Positions 63,742-64,000 of a stretch of 64,000 nt of DNA are shown here, piece by piece. Each line of letters starts with the position of its first letter. Positions within the stretch are counted from its first letter, which is position 1. The DNA is from Kondoa subrosea. Taxonomy: Eukaryota. The translations under genes were made by a program, and so were the position numbers. A model generated the notes under the pieces. The model was not told where the DNA came from. It saw only the letters and a list, made by a program, of their open reading frames with translations, and made no database searches. The stretch is from NCBI GenBank assembly GCA_039545335.1, contig BCIN01000008.1:879528-943527 (forward strand), given 5' to 3'.

Positions 63742-64000
63742 ATGCCAACCCTGTCTGAAAAAGGATGGTCACTTCAAGTGGACGGCTCATATGAACGCAA
63801 ATTATATGGCGAAGAGTCTACTCTCCTATACGTCAGGTGAATGAACACTCGTGCCCACGTCTACATCGGATACTTACTCCGCTTGCATTGGCAGTCGACC
63901 CAATCCAAACTTCGTGCTTGGTAAGCTTGCGCTCCTCTGTATGGTAGCACGACTGTTGACTCATTCTTTAACAGGAGGTCAAATGACATTCCGTACTATG
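63742..64000 (+). CDS. 5' part of an unidentified gene running off the window
   Basis: MPTLSEKGWSLQVDGSYERKLYGEESTLLYV, then a gtgaat donor and further donor/acceptor sites. Confidence 0.45.

Noticed and set aside
54966..64000. A full giant Starship with cargo downstream of the recombinase
   Set aside because: The next genes are a bestrophin and the essential eIF2-alpha. No Starship accessory genes or boundaries were seen.

Overview
Eukaryotic, intron-rich, gene-dense fungal DNA. The roughly 45-65 nt introns with GCTGAC/GCTAAC-type branch points and the gene content suggest a basidiomycete, possibly Pucciniomycotina (inference only). About 33 protein-coding loci were reconstructed by hand-splicing, so exon boundaries are predictions. 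Recognisable genes: GFA-domain protein, amino-acid permease, AlaX editing deacylase, BUB3, RhoGAP, glutaredoxin, Sld3-like factor, type II flavin monooxygenase, CCT6, membrane hybrid histidine kinase, JHD1-like PHD-JmjC demethylase, MYND protein, METTL7-like methyltransferase, ECM4-like GST, GYP8-like TBC GAP, cupin, bestrophin-like channel and eIF2-alpha (SUI2), plus lineage-specific F-box-like proteins. The most notable find is an intact 12-intron tyrosine recombinase (54966-57464) of DUF3435/Starship-captain or Crypton type. It is invisible in the ORF track, retains all catalytic positions and sits without obvious cargo between ordinary genes. Other notable signals: a peroxisomal PTS1 created by intron retention in the GFA gene, a glutaredoxin with possible three-way targeting, two adjacent genes whose ATG is split by an intron, and a divergent gene pair with only about 32 bp between start codons. 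No rRNA, tRNA or CRISPR was recognised.
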